A stretch of DNA of 64,000 nucleotides from Patescibacteria group bacterium (GTDB lineage: Bacteria; Patescibacteriota; Minisyncoccia; Phycocordibacterales; UBA9973): the NCBI GenBank assembly GCA_040389365.1, contig JAZKAB010000009.1, positions 44,816 to 108,815 on the forward strand, in the 5' to 3' direction. Shown here piece after piece: positions 19,347-29,356 of this stretch. Made by a program: the position numbers and the translations under genes. How positions within the stretch are numbered: the first letter of the stretch is position 1; the number at the start of each line of letters is the position of its first letter. Below the pieces are notes generated by a model. That model did no database searches. It saw nothing but the letters and a program-made list of their open reading frames with translations, and was not told the origin of the DNA.

Positions 19347-19634
19347 ATGAAAGTAGACTATTCTCCGCGAAGAAGCGGCAAAACAACACGACTCATAGAA
19401 TATATGAGAGCAACGCCAGGAGCTGTAATGCTCACGTTTAACTACAATATGGCAATGATTCTTAAGGGCGAGTACCCGGATCTTGCCGACAGGATAGTTG
19501 ACTGGAAGAGCTATACCCCGTTTATCAACAGTTCGGTAAGGCCGATTAAGGAAGTGGTGATAGACAATGCCGACCTTGTGATCAGCCAGCTTTTCAAGCT
19601 ACCAGTTACCAGAATTAGCATGAGCGAGGAATAG
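19347..19634 (+). CDS. hypothetical phage protein
   Basis: A 95-aa ORF. Confidence 0.3.
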   Translation: MKVDYSPRRSGKTTRLIEYMRATPGAVMLTFNYNMAMILKGEYPDLADRIVDWKSYTPFINSSVRPIKEVVIDNADLVISQLFKLPVTRISMSEE

Positions 19635-19635
19635 T

Positions 19636-20097
19636 ATGGAAACAAAATACTACCTCACATATGACGATTCTCTGCTAGTAGTGGTCGATGGAACCATAGC
19701 CGTATTGCCGCCCCTCACTTTCAGGGAGGTCCCAGAAAGCTTTATAAGGGAAATTCCGCACCTTTCCCAAGTCCAAGTGATTGAAAAGGTCACTGATCCC
19801 AAATACAAGATTCTTGCCGTAGGAGTTTCTGACGTTCCTCCGAAGGGACGAGGCCGTCCAAAGAAAGTGGTCCCAGAGGCCGCTGACAAGGGCAGGGTCG
19901 AAGTTAAGCAGAAAGTGTCCTTCGCGAAGCGCGAGGAGCTCGTAAGAGCCTATGGGCGCACTGTGGTAAACAAGGTAATAGACATGGCTCTGGTAGGCGA
20001 GGAAGAGCAGACGATTGCCGACGACAGCGACGTTAACCTTAAGGTAAAGCACGTTCGCATCATCAAGGATCAGCTAGGGATGGAGCTGGAGAAGTAG
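19636..20097 (+). CDS. hypothetical protein with an AT-hook-like motif (PKGRGRPKK)
   Basis: A 153-aa product carrying a GRGRPKK AT-hook motif. Confidence 0.35.
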   Translation: METKYYLTYDDSLLVVVDGTIAVLPPLTFREVPESFIREIPHLSQVQVIEKVTDPKYKILAVGVSDVPPKGRGRPKKVVPEAADKGRVEVKQKVSFAKREELVRAYGRTVVNKVIDMALVGEEEQTIADDSDVNLKVKHVRIIKDQLGMELEK

Positions 20098-20098
20098 G

Positions 20099-20293
20099 AT
20101 GGAAGAAGGTAAAGATTTTATAAATACCAGAGGTAAGACCATCGAGCAGTTAGATGAGGAGTGGAAAGCCATGGGAAAGCCACCGCTTGCATTCATTGAT
20201 GACATTGAGGGAAGGCTATATCTATCCAAAATGCTTCCATCTATGCCTGGAGAGAAAAATAAGAGCCATATACCATGGCTAAAAGGAAAATAA
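20099..20293 (+). CDS. hypothetical small protein
   Basis: A 64-aa ORF. Confidence 0.25.
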   Translation: MEEGKDFINTRGKTIEQLDEEWKAMGKPPLAFIDDIEGRLYLSKMLPSMPGEKNKSHIPWLKGK

Positions 20294-20322
20294 TCAATTA
20301 TCAGAGCAATAGAGATAACATT

Positions 20323-20604
20323 ATGAACAAAGAACCAAAAAACAATTTCATGTGCGAGATGTGTGCAAAGAAAATATCTTCGTTTGAAGCCTTTGAAAGG
20401 GGAGGTTATATCTACTGCACCGAATGTGTAAATAAATTGGAACAGAAAGAAGCTCAAAAAAGACAGCCAATGGTCATTCAGTTCGGAATATTCCCCAAGT
20501 GGTGGAAGTTCCAGTCCCAGACCATCTATAACACCTCATACATATGGAAAAGGGTGGGATGGCTAGGTATTTCTATTGCGTGGGTAGACAAATATTTGCA
20601 ATAA
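20323..20604 (+). CDS. zinc-ribbon small protein
   Basis: The product contains CEMCAKK...CTECVNK. The ORF is open from 20275, and the start at MNKEPK was chosen to avoid overlap. Confidence 0.3.
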   Translation: MNKEPKNNFMCEMCAKKISSFEAFERGGYIYCTECVNKLEQKEAQKRQPMVIQFGIFPKWWKFQSQTIYNTSYIWKRVGWLGISIAWVDKYLQ

Positions 20605-20613
20605 ATTTCCCAA

Positions 20614-20865
20614 ATGAAGCAAGAAACATACAGAAGTAATGGTTATCGACAGGTCCTGGTATGCAGATCTAAAGTCTTCTATCGGACAAAGGCACTCGCA
20701 TGGGATAAGTCACTGTTCTTTTTCAGGCAGTTCGGCGAATATGAGGTCCCATACAGGTGCAAGCACTGTTCCCGGTATCATCTTTCAAAAAAATGGAACG
20801 AAGAACAACCTTCACTAGAGTTTATAGAGGGATTCAATAAGTGGTTTGGCCGGGAAGTTCTGTAG
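20614..20865 (+). CDS. hypothetical small protein
   Basis: An 83-aa ORF containing a CKHCSRYH motif. Confidence 0.3.
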   Translation: MKQETYRSNGYRQVLVCRSKVFYRTKALAWDKSLFFFRQFGEYEVPYRCKHCSRYHLSKKWNEEQPSLEFIEGFNKWFGREVL

Positions 20866-20918
20866 CTATCACAGAGATCTTAAGACTGTCAAATTAAGTC
20901 TATATTATTAAAGGATAT

Positions 20919-21443
20919 ATGGCAGCTAACAAAACCTCTCCAAAGATCCCCAAGGAGAAGACACTAAAAAATATCAACCATGAGCTTTTCTGCATGCTCT
21001 ATGCTGGCGGCGCAAACCCTGACTTCTTTGGCAACGCATCGAAATCATACCTTGCCGCCTTCAAATACGACGAGCAGATCAACAAGCTCGAAGAGGAGCT
21101 GAAAACCATTCCCTATAGCAAGGACAAGGAGCGAAAAGAGAAGCAGTCTGCCATCCTCAAGGTGAACAATTCAGCCAGAGTCCTTGGAAATAGGCTTTTA
21201 ACAAAGGTAGACATAAAGGCAAGAGTGGCAGTGCTTTACAAGGCGCTATATACGCACGATGCAGCCGATCAGTCTCTTGCATATGCAATGCGCCAGCGCA
21301 AGGATATAGCCTCTGCAGTAAGCGCCGTGAAGGAATACAACCGCGTTACCAAGCGCGTTGAGGAAAAGGTAGAGATCACCAACAAGGTATACCGCTGGGC
21401 AACTACAGAAGAGGAAGCGAAGACAGCCGCAAACGGCGGCTAA
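20919..21443 (+). CDS. terminase small subunit (Terminase_2-like)
   Basis: The N-terminus ELFCMLYAGGANPDFFGNASKSYLAAFKYDE matches the F-C..Y...GN...AY..AGY pattern of phage TerS. It lies directly upstream of the large terminase gene. Confidence 0.55.
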   Translation: MAANKTSPKIPKEKTLKNINHELFCMLYAGGANPDFFGNASKSYLAAFKYDEQINKLEEELKTIPYSKDKERKEKQSAILKVNNSARVLGNRLLTKVDIKARVAVLYKALYTHDAADQSLAYAMRQRKDIASAVSAVKEYNRVTKRVEEKVEITNKVYRWATTEEEAKTAANGG

Positions 21444-21660
21444 TGACAGCAAATGATATGTCATGCACAGGCGATAAAACTTTCATCAGTGCCGCTTGTG
21501 CTTGGTATGTCAAAGCGGCGACATATCACCACAGTCATATGCTCGCTAAGTGTCCTGACAAACCGTAACTAATTGTTATAGACAAAACAGGGCTTGGGAC
21601 TCCTTCCGGCATGGGCCGGGTATCTGACCTTCGGGTCTATGATGTAAATTCTCGTTCGAA
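21444..21660 (+). promoter_or_regulatory. structured non-coding region between terS and the terL operon (candidate packaging site or regulatory RNA)
   Basis: Inverted repeats are present: gatatgtc (21455) with gacatatc (21520), gccgctt with aagcggc, ccggcatgggccgg, and gaccttcgggtc with a UUCG loop. The region has no ORF. Confidence 0.3.
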
Positions 21661-21675
21661 TCGAGGGGGTTCCAC

Positions 21676-22065
21676 ATGCTAAAGGTTTCAAAGGAAATGC
21701 ATCCAATATATTACGAGTGCAAGCGACGCTTCGGAGTGAGCTGGGACGGCGGCGTATGCTGCGTATATGGCGACACTGCATACTGCAAGTACGACCTTCG
21801 ACCTGACGTTATCGCCCATGAGTCTGTTCACGTGCGCCAGCAGAGCGAAATGGGCCCTATGGAATGGTGGAAGCGGTACTTTGCGGACAAGAAGTTCCGA
21901 CTGGAGCAGGAGATCGAGGCATACAAGGAGCAAATGAAGTTTGTCCGTGAGAACTGCAGTAGGGACTTCAAGCGCGACATACTGAGAAAGTGCGCCCATG
22001 ACCTTGCGGGTCCGATGTACGGAAACATGATCACCTTATCAGAAGCATTCTCGATACTGGAATGA
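21676..22065 (+). CDS. small HExxH-motif protein (putative minimal metallopeptidase), hypothetical
   Basis: It has an AHESVHVRQ (HExxH) motif. The RBS is GAGGGGG. Its stop overlaps the terL start. Confidence 0.35.
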   Translation: MLKVSKEMHPIYYECKRRFGVSWDGGVCCVYGDTAYCKYDLRPDVIAHESVHVRQQSEMGPMEWWKRYFADKKFRLEQEIEAYKEQMKFVRENCSRDFKRDILRKCAHDLAGPMYGNMITLSEAFSILE

Positions 22066-23486
22066 TCAACGAGGCCATCATCCCCTATAAGCCCCGAAAC
22101 TGGGCTCTAAAGTTCCATAACACGCTTGTCCGATGGATCGTGCTCATCATCCACCGCCGAGGCGGTAAGACGACTGCAGCGCTTAATCACCTGGTACGCG
22201 ACGCGCTCAACCATCCAAAGACGCGCTATGCCTATATCGCTCCTACCCACAAGCAGGCAAAGCGAATCGTATGGGGCATGGTGAAGGAATACACCGCGCC
22301 CATCGACGGCATCAGGTACAACGAGGGCGAGCTGCTCGTTAAGTTCAAGAACGGATCGGAGCTCATGGTAGTCGGATCGGACAATCCGGACTCATTGCGC
22401 GGTATTGCGCTATGGGGCTGCTTTCTCGACGAGTATCCCTTGCAGTCTCCATTGGTGTTTACGGAGATCATTACCAAATGTCTTGCCGACCACTTGGGCT
22501 ACTGTATCTTCGGTGGGACTCCGAAGGGCAAGGGACACTTCTTCCGCATCTATCAGGTCGCTCAGGATCACCCAGAGTGGTGCCTTGTGTACAGAACCAT
22601 TGATGACTCATTGAAATACGAGGAGGGCGAGACCATTACGCGCCTTACTCAGGCATTGAAGGATGACCGAGAGCTCGTGAGAACAGGGCTTATGACGCAG
22701 GACGAGTTCGATCAGGAGTGGTACAACTCGTTCGAAGCTGCCGTTAAGGGCGCCGTATACCGCGCAGAGCTTGCAAAGGCCCGCGAAGAGGAGCGCATTA
22801 CCAAGTTCGTTGCCCATGATCCGCACTTGCTGACTCATACCGTATGGGACTTGGGGATAAACAAGGGGAACAGCATGTCTATCGGCTGGTACCAGAAGTA
22901 CGGCAACGAGGTCCGCATGATCGACTATTACGAGAACATAGGCCAGGGATTCGCACACTACATCAAGATAGTTAAGGAAAAGCCGTATATCTACGGCAAG
23001 CACTTCGCCCCCCATGATATCAAGGTGAGAGAGCTCGGCACAGGAGTAACCCGCTATGATACTGCTGAGAAGCTGGGGCTGACGTTCGAGCTGGATGCTG
23101 ACGGTAAGTCCGCAGTGCCGAGAGTCTCGATTGATGACGGCATAGACAAGGCGCGAGCGATGTTCAACCGAATATTCATTTGTGCCAAGAAGTGCGAGCA
23201 GTTTCTGGACTTCATCGGCATGTACCACTACAAGTTTGACGAGAAGAAGGGAATATTCACGAAGGAGCCGTACCATGATTTCAGTTCCAATGGCGCAGAC
23301 CAGTTCCGCTATGCCGCTTTGTGCGAAGACCAGATGGTAAACGAGATGGCCGTAGTCGCTCCTACTCCAACGCCCGAAGTCTCAGTCAAGGACGAGTTTG
23401 TCGGACAGGAAGGATACAATGATGGAGACAGGCATCCTATGTTCCAGGGTGTGGATATCGGCATGATGGGGCAGCCTAAACCTTAA
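22062..23486 (+). CDS. terminase large subunit
   Basis: It has a Walker A-like motif (HRRGGKTTAAL) in an N-terminal ATPase domain and a C-terminal nuclease domain. The 474-aa length is typical of TerL. Confidence 0.85.
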   Translation: MINEAIIPYKPRNWALKFHNTLVRWIVLIIHRRGGKTTAALNHLVRDALNHPKTRYAYIAPTHKQAKRIVWGMVKEYTAPIDGIRYNEGELLVKFKNGSELMVVGSDNPDSLRGIALWGCFLDEYPLQSPLVFTEIITKCLADHLGYCIFGGTPKGKGHFFRIYQVAQDHPEWCLVYRTIDDSLKYEEGETITRLTQALKDDRELVRTGLMTQDEFDQEWYNSFEAAVKGAVYRAELAKAREEERITKFVAHDPHLLTHTVWDLGINKGNSMSIGWYQKYGNEVRMIDYYENIGQGFAHYIKIVKEKPYIYGKHFAPHDIKVRELGTGVTRYDTAEKLGLTFELDADGKSAVPRVSIDDGIDKARAMFNRIFICAKKCEQFLDFIGMYHYKFDEKKGIFTKEPYHDFSSNGADQFRYAALCEDQMVNEMAVVAPTPTPEVSVKDEFVGQEGYNDGDRHPMFQGVDIGMMGQPKP

Positions 23487-23519
23487 TAGTTGAGTGCTTT
23501 AGTTAGTAGACTTTAGGGA

Positions 23520-25535
23520 ATGGATACCACTACCGAAGAAACTACTTACGTGAAGACTGCGAAGGAGAAGCTTGCAGACAAGGCCCTCGCAGTTGCCATA
23601 AAGCAATTCGATACAGCGACTCTTTTCCAAAAGCCCGTATTCGATCGCATTCAGAAGAACGAAGACATGCTTGCGGGCAAGTCAGCTCCTGCATTGAAGG
23701 GGCGCAACAACGTTCCTCTCGACACTGTGATCATGAACGGCTTTCAGGACACCATGCTTGCGGGCACGGACGAGCCGGTCAATGTGAAGTTCAAGAACCA
23801 GCGAGAGCAGGATCTCAAGTCTTCACGAAAGGTGAGCGCCGTATGGGAAAGAGAAAAGCAGCCTTCACGTGGCAACTTCGACGCCTTCATTCTCGATTCA
23901 AAGTGGCTGGCATCAACGTCAGGACGTGGCTTTATCAAGCACTGGGTTGAGTCATTACCGAAGTTCCGCGCCTGCATGGATGCTGTAGACCACTTCGACA
24001 TGCTCGCTGAGCCTATGGGCGGTCCATACTTAGACAGGCACCTATTCAAGGGGCAGCAGAACATCTTCCGTACAAACGGCGAGCTTGACGCTATGGTGGC
24101 TGCAGGCGTATACAATGCCAATCAGGTAAGCCTGCTCAAGGCCGCATTCACTCCGGAGATGCGAAAGCAGAACGAAGACCGCTACAAGTTCAAGCTTATG
24201 CGCTACGCCGCAATGGGCATGGACGTTTCAAGCAATGACTTCATCGGAGAAGCACTATATGGAATGGTGGAATGGGTAATGTTCTTCGAAGGGGAATGGC
24301 GCTACATGGTTTTCTCATACCAGGCAAAGACATGGGTGAGATTCGAGCTTTTGTCTGACGTATTCGCTCATGCGAAGGATTATCCTGGCCGCGGCTCATG
24401 GGTATCTTATGCTACCAACCGCCATCCTAAGATGTTCTGGTCACGCGCTATCCTGGACGACATTCGCCCTATCGCCTACACCATGAAGAAGGTGCTAAAC
24501 CTCTCATTGGACAACCTCGAGAAGCGAAACTGGGACATGAAGGCCTACGATCCGAAGGTTTTCACCGATCCTACCCAACTTTTATACAAGCAAGACGGAC
24601 TTGCAAAGGCTACTCTCGAGCGAGGAAAGTCTATTCAGGCCGGCATATACCAATTTACTACGCCCGACACTACAGGCATCACGATCAACCTCAACGAGTA
24701 TCTTGACCGTTTCATTTCAACGAAGACCGGCGTGACTACAGAAAGCCAGGGTGACGCGGATGCTCAGACTAACGGCATCTATTTCGGCAACCTGCAGCAG
24801 TCTCAGAACCGCCTAAGCCTCAAGAACAAGATGTTCATGCAAGCCGTATACGATATCGGCGTCATTTTCGACTACGGATGCTGGGAGCACCTAAACGAGA
24901 AATATGCAGTGAAGATAATGGGTCCAAGCGGCATCGAATGGGAAGAGGAAGTCCGAAGAGACGACCTTGAGCGCGAGTTCAGCATCGACATTACCGGCGG
25001 AAACGACGAGGAAAAGCAGAACGCGGAGATGCTTGCCCGAAAGAACCAGACTCTTGCTTCCATTGAGCTCAATCCGGCACTCATGTCAAAGGTAAATCCT
25101 ATGTGGATGCTTCGAGAGAAGCTCACTGCAGGAGGCTATGACGACGAGAAGATCCGCGTTGCGCTTGATACTCAGAACGACGGCGACGAGGAGATATTCT
25201 CAGAAGCCGCGGAAGCCATCTATATGATCGTTGAAGGCAAGAAGCCCAAGCTTAACCGCGGAGCTACAAGCGGATACGTGCAGAAGATCGTTGATTTCTG
25301 TTATGACACCGAAAGCCTTTCAGACCAGGTATTTGCAAACCTCATGGCATTTGCCGAACTTCACATTCCTATCGCTCAGCAGAACATGATCCGCCGAGCA
25401 CGCTCAGTCATCGCTACTCAGGGCGGCGACGTAATGGGAATGAACGCCCAGAATGCAGATCAGGCAGCTCGAGACCTTACTACTATTCCTGCTCCGGCAA
25501 CAGCTCCAGTAACGCCAACGGTACCAGTTGCATAA
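23520..25535 (+). CDS. putative portal protein
   Basis: A 671-aa gene lies immediately after terL, which is the conserved TerL-portal order. There is no recognisable motif, so the call rests on position and size. Confidence 0.5.
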   Translation: MDTTTEETTYVKTAKEKLADKALAVAIKQFDTATLFQKPVFDRIQKNEDMLAGKSAPALKGRNNVPLDTVIMNGFQDTMLAGTDEPVNVKFKNQREQDLKSSRKVSAVWEREKQPSRGNFDAFILDSKWLASTSGRGFIKHWVESLPKFRACMDAVDHFDMLAEPMGGPYLDRHLFKGQQNIFRTNGELDAMVAAGVYNANQVSLLKAAFTPEMRKQNEDRYKFKLMRYAAMGMDVSSNDFIGEALYGMVEWVMFFEGEWRYMVFSYQAKTWVRFELLSDVFAHAKDYPGRGSWVSYATNRHPKMFWSRAILDDIRPIAYTMKKVLNLSLDNLEKRNWDMKAYDPKVFTDPTQLLYKQDGLAKATLERGKSIQAGIYQFTTPDTTGITINLNEYLDRFISTKTGVTTESQGDADAQTNGIYFGNLQQSQNRLSLKNKMFMQAVYDIGVIFDYGCWEHLNEKYAVKIMGPSGIEWEEEVRRDDLEREFSIDITGGNDEEKQNAEMLARKNQTLASIELNPALMSKVNPMWMLREKLTAGGYDDEKIRVALDTQNDGDEEIFSEAAEAIYMIVEGKKPKLNRGATSGYVQKIVDFCYDTESLSDQVFANLMAFAELHIPIAQQNMIRRARSVIATQGGDVMGMNAQNADQAARDLTTIPAPATAPVTPTVPVA

Positions 25536-25920
25536 AACTATGGCCATTCAAGAATTACCACTATTGGAAAAGATCACACAGCTCAAGGCAAAGCTCTTTG
25601 GAGCCGACCAGGATCATATGGATACAGTCCTGGAATGGGAGCGACAGGCAAAGGAGGCGCTCATCAATGACGACCTTGCAGGCCATGAGGGCATACAGCG
25701 CATCATTGCGAAGATTACCGAGGACATAGCCGACATCGACAGCATTCTCCATACGGGGTATTCAAAGGACGTTTCTGACGGCGACCGCGACCGAATGCTC
25801 GACATGAAGAACTTCTACCAGTGGTTCCTCACCTTCTTCACCTCTGCCCAGTCAAAGATCATGGAGCTGGGGGAAACGCTCGACTTGCAACTTAATAATG
25901 AAGAGTCTCAAGATTTATAA
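25528..25920 (+). CDS. hypothetical head-module protein
   Basis: A 130-aa acidic product. The gene overlaps the portal gene stop. Confidence 0.35.
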   Translation: MHKTMAIQELPLLEKITQLKAKLFGADQDHMDTVLEWERQAKEALINDDLAGHEGIQRIIAKITEDIADIDSILHTGYSKDVSDGDRDRMLDMKNFYQWFLTFFTSAQSKIMELGETLDLQLNNEESQDL

Positions 25921-26329
25921 TGAAATTATGAAAAGTATATTCCGCAAAAAAGAAGACACTATGTCGTACACGGTCCCTGACTTCGCTCATGCGCACAAGG
26001 ATCTTCTTGTCATCGTATGCGATCCCAAGACTGACAACATCTTCGTGGGATATGGCGACCAGATAGTATCAGGTCGCATCAAGACAGCTCTCGGCAAGGA
26101 GCTGAACGTAGTAAGAAACGTTCTTGACCACTCTCAGTTCAAGGAAAATGTGAACCCTTTTATTACGGGCATCATGGAAGTATTGCAGCTTCCTCTCAAG
26201 GCAGGCAACCAGCTCTATCAGTTCATTGACGGGGCGTTGTTCGCCATCTCGAAGGCATTGCGTAAGGATAAGCCCCCTGAAAACGGCGTGGCTTCTCCTT
26301 ATCATAAAGCCCTCGTGAACAACGAATAA
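25898..26329 (+). CDS. hypothetical head-module protein
   Basis: A 143-aa ORF. Confidence 0.35.
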   Translation: MKSLKIYNEIMKSIFRKKEDTMSYTVPDFAHAHKDLLVIVCDPKTDNIFVGYGDQIVSGRIKTALGKELNVVRNVLDHSQFKENVNPFITGIMEVLQLPLKAGNQLYQFIDGALFAISKALRKDKPPENGVASPYHKALVNNE

Positions 26330-26351
26330 TTAACAATAAACAATCAGTATT

Positions 26352-26837
26352 ATGGCAAACAAAACAAAACCACAAACAGTTGCAGAAGCAAAAGCGCTAG
26401 GAATCGTATTCGATGAGGGTATGACTCAGAAGGATATCCAGGCGCTTATCGATGCGAAAGCACCGGGCAACACTCCAGAAATGGAAACAATTACTATTGA
26501 CGAAGACTATCTTGCTGCTCATCCAGAACTTGCAGCACAAGGCTTCACAGTAGGTCAGACAACAGAAGTAGTTAAGGCTGCTCCGACTCCTGCTGCTCCG
26601 GCACCAGTAGAAGAGCCTGTAGACGCACTGGACGAGTCTACAAAGACAGCGGTCCCTACTAACCAGTTCATCGTTCGACAGGTGGCAGAAGGCAAGTTCC
26701 GTCTGTACAACCCTCTCGGACAGGCTGCTAGTCACATCGCGGACAACCAAGAAGAGATCGTTAAGATCAACAAGGCCTCAGCTCGCTTCAACGCATTGCG
26801 CAACGCGAACGAGGGAATCAAGCCAGTACAGGCTTAG
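26352..26837 (+). CDS. hypothetical head-module protein (Ala/Pro-rich linker)
   Basis: A 161-aa ORF. Confidence 0.35.
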   Translation: MANKTKPQTVAEAKALGIVFDEGMTQKDIQALIDAKAPGNTPEMETITIDEDYLAAHPELAAQGFTVGQTTEVVKAAPTPAAPAPVEEPVDALDESTKTAVPTNQFIVRQVAEGKFRLYNPLGQAASHIADNQEEIVKINKASARFNALRNANEGIKPVQA

Positions 26838-27102
26838 CACTTTCAAAAATTGAAAATCTCTCCAACCGACTATCGCCATCTGGTGGTATCGACTTTGCTT
26901 TTTGCACTAGTTAAAGGTTCTGGAGAGATCCTTGTGCGAACTCAGAAAGCAAAATCGATATCGTCAGAAGTGATGATCTCGCTTTTTAGTTTTGAGTGTC
27001 TAAAAGGCTTAAAAAACAAAACACCAATTGAGGCTGGTTGCGCCCACTATTAACAGTAAATGCGCCCCCGAAGGAGATTACGGGTTACGAAATCCTACAA
27101 AC

Positions 27103-28041
27103 ATGGCTAATAACCAACAAGAATCGCACGCGGACGATCATGGGCTCCAGAACCTTCCCCAAAAGGAACGCGAAGAGACTCAAAAAATCCTAGACGAGCT
27201 CCAGGAAGGCGAAAAGGATAACACCGAAGCGCCTGAAAAGGAGACCGAAAAACCTCAGAAGCAAGAAGAGGCAGAGACTCCTGCAAAGGAAGAACCTAAA
27301 GAAGGCGAAGAAAAGCCCGATTCTGAGAAAGGCGAAAAGAAGGAGCGACGCGAGACAGGACTTGTTCCTGCATGGAAGCTGGGAATGGAAAAGACCCGCG
27401 CTGCCAAAGTGGAAGCTGATCTTAAAGCCGATATCGAAAATCTCAAGAACGGTACTCTACCTGAAAAGAAGCAAGACGAATCCAAGGAAGAAGACGTTGA
27501 CATTGACGCTGTTGCCAAGGCAATCATCGAAAAGCATGACGTTCAAGACCCCGAGGTTATTGAGGACATCTTCAAGGCAATCAAAGGATATGTTTCAAAG
27601 CAGTCCGCATTGCCTGCAGACCTTCAAGCAAAACTTGCCCAAATTGACGAAATTAAGGCAGCAGAAGAGATCAAGGTTGAGGAAGCAAACTTCAACCGAG
27701 ACTTCGACAAAGACATTCTCCCGCTTATCAAGTCAGAATATGGCGAAGATATCACGGACGAGAAAGTCGCTGAAATTAAGGAAAAGCTCAAGGAAATTGC
27801 TTACTCTCCGGAATACGCAAAGGTCCCGTATGACGAGATCTATCATGGAAAGCGAGACTTTAGAGGTGTCGTTGCTCCAAAGAAGAAGTCTGCAGAAGGC
27901 ACACGCGAATCATCAATCAATCTCAAGGCAGGCGAAACAAACTACTCTGAGCTGACTGACGCGGAAGCGGCTGCACTCTCTCCTGAGGAGTTCCAGAAAT
28001 ACTCCGACAATATGGCCAAGAATGAGCGTCAATCGAAATAA
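27103..28041 (+). CDS. acidic Lys/Glu-rich scaffolding-like protein
   Basis: The product has highly charged KE-rich repeats (EKETEKPQKQEEAETPAKEEPKEGEEKPDSEKGEKK) and sits directly upstream of the capsid candidate. The ORF is open from 27028, so the start is uncertain. Confidence 0.4.
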   Translation: MANNQQESHADDHGLQNLPQKEREETQKILDELQEGEKDNTEAPEKETEKPQKQEEAETPAKEEPKEGEEKPDSEKGEKKERRETGLVPAWKLGMEKTRAAKVEADLKADIENLKNGTLPEKKQDESKEEDVDIDAVAKAIIEKHDVQDPEVIEDIFKAIKGYVSKQSALPADLQAKLAQIDEIKAAEEIKVEEANFNRDFDKDILPLIKSEYGEDITDEKVAEIKEKLKEIAYSPEYAKVPYDEIYHGKRDFRGVVAPKKKSAEGTRESSINLKAGETNYSELTDAEAAALSPEEFQKYSDNMAKNERQSK

Positions 28042-28084
28042 GTAAGGTAGGGGATTACATTTACAAATAATCCTTTTAAACATT

Positions 28085-29293
28085 ATGTTAAACGCACTGA
28101 CTCCAATGAGTCCTACATACTGGTCAAAGCGAATGGGCTACAAGCTCTACAAGACGGATATCTTCCGTTCACTCGCTAACTTCGAAGAGCAAGCAACTCT
28201 TACGGATGGCCAGAAGGTTGATCGACCTTATCGAGCAAACATTGTTAGTGAAAACTACAGTAAGGGTACAGCGCTTACGGCGCAAGACCTTACTGCAACA
28301 TCTGATCAGCTTACAGTTGATACTGTTAAGGCTATGTTGCTCTACGTGGATAACGTGGACAAGATCCAAAACAAGTACTCTGCAGCTAACCAGTGGATTG
28401 ATGAAGCGGGCCACCGCTTGTCAAACTCTATCGATGCAAAGTTCCTTTACCAGGTGTTCCAGGCTAACAACACTGTCGATGACGGTGATCTAGGCGGAAC
28501 TGCTGGCGACGGGCTTACATTGACGACAGGCAACGTTCTTGACGTGTTCGGCGCGATTAACCTCAAGCTTGACGCAAACAACGTTCCTGACGATGCAGGC
28601 TCTCGTTTCTTCGCTTTCTCTCCTCAGTTCTACAACGTGCTATGGAAATACCTAGCCGGAAAGGAAAGTTTGCTTGGAGACAAGACAGGCGAAAACGGCA
28701 ACATTGGTACTTACGCAGGCTTGCGCTTGTTCAAGACCAATAACCTTACAGGTTCTGCTCGTTGGACTCCTGCAAACCGTCCTTCTGCTGCTGACACTAT
28801 CACTATTCAGGGAATCACTTTCACTTTCCAGACCACTATCGGTACTGGAGCTGGAGCTGTTCTCTCAGTGACTGACACTTCTACGACTCTTGGCAACCTT
28901 GTTGCCTTGATCAACGCAGGCGGTGTTGGAGATGGCGTGAATAACGTATCTTTGTCACTAGCAAACCAGCGTGTCGTACAAGACTGGGTAGCCGTTAACG
29001 GTACTACTTACGTTGAAGTGCGCGCGATGGGATCTTCATACCTTACAGTTACTGGCTCAGACGTTGCAGACGTATGGACAGCGACTCAGCAGATCCAGAA
29101 CAACATTGCTGGACGAAAGGGAGTATCAATCGACGCCGTGATCCAGAAGGAACCGGGCGTAGAAATGGGCTCTACTATCGCTGCAGGCAAGTCTGGTATG
29201 AACATTCTCCCTATGACATTGTTCGGCGTTTACGTCTTCAATCAGGGCAAGAATGAACTAGTTCGCGTAAAGATTCGTACTGACGCTTTCTAG
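28085..29293 (+). CDS. putative major capsid protein
   Basis: A 402-aa gene follows the scaffold-like gene. Codon usage looks highly expressed. The assignment is by position, with no diagnostic motif. Confidence 0.45.
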   Translation: MLNALTPMSPTYWSKRMGYKLYKTDIFRSLANFEEQATLTDGQKVDRPYRANIVSENYSKGTALTAQDLTATSDQLTVDTVKAMLLYVDNVDKIQNKYSAANQWIDEAGHRLSNSIDAKFLYQVFQANNTVDDGDLGGTAGDGLTLTTGNVLDVFGAINLKLDANNVPDDAGSRFFAFSPQFYNVLWKYLAGKESLLGDKTGENGNIGTYAGLRLFKTNNLTGSARWTPANRPSAADTITIQGITFTFQTTIGTGAGAVLSVTDTSTTLGNLVALINAGGVGDGVNNVSLSLANQRVVQDWVAVNGTTYVEVRAMGSSYLTVTGSDVADVWTATQQIQNNIAGRKGVSIDAVIQKEPGVEMGSTIAAGKSGMNILPMTLFGVYVFNQGKNELVRVKIRTDAF

Positions 29294-29356
29294 CTGCGCT
29301 GCACTCTTAACAGATAAGTTGATCGGGTAGTTCCGGTCCTCTCAAAACATAGCTTA

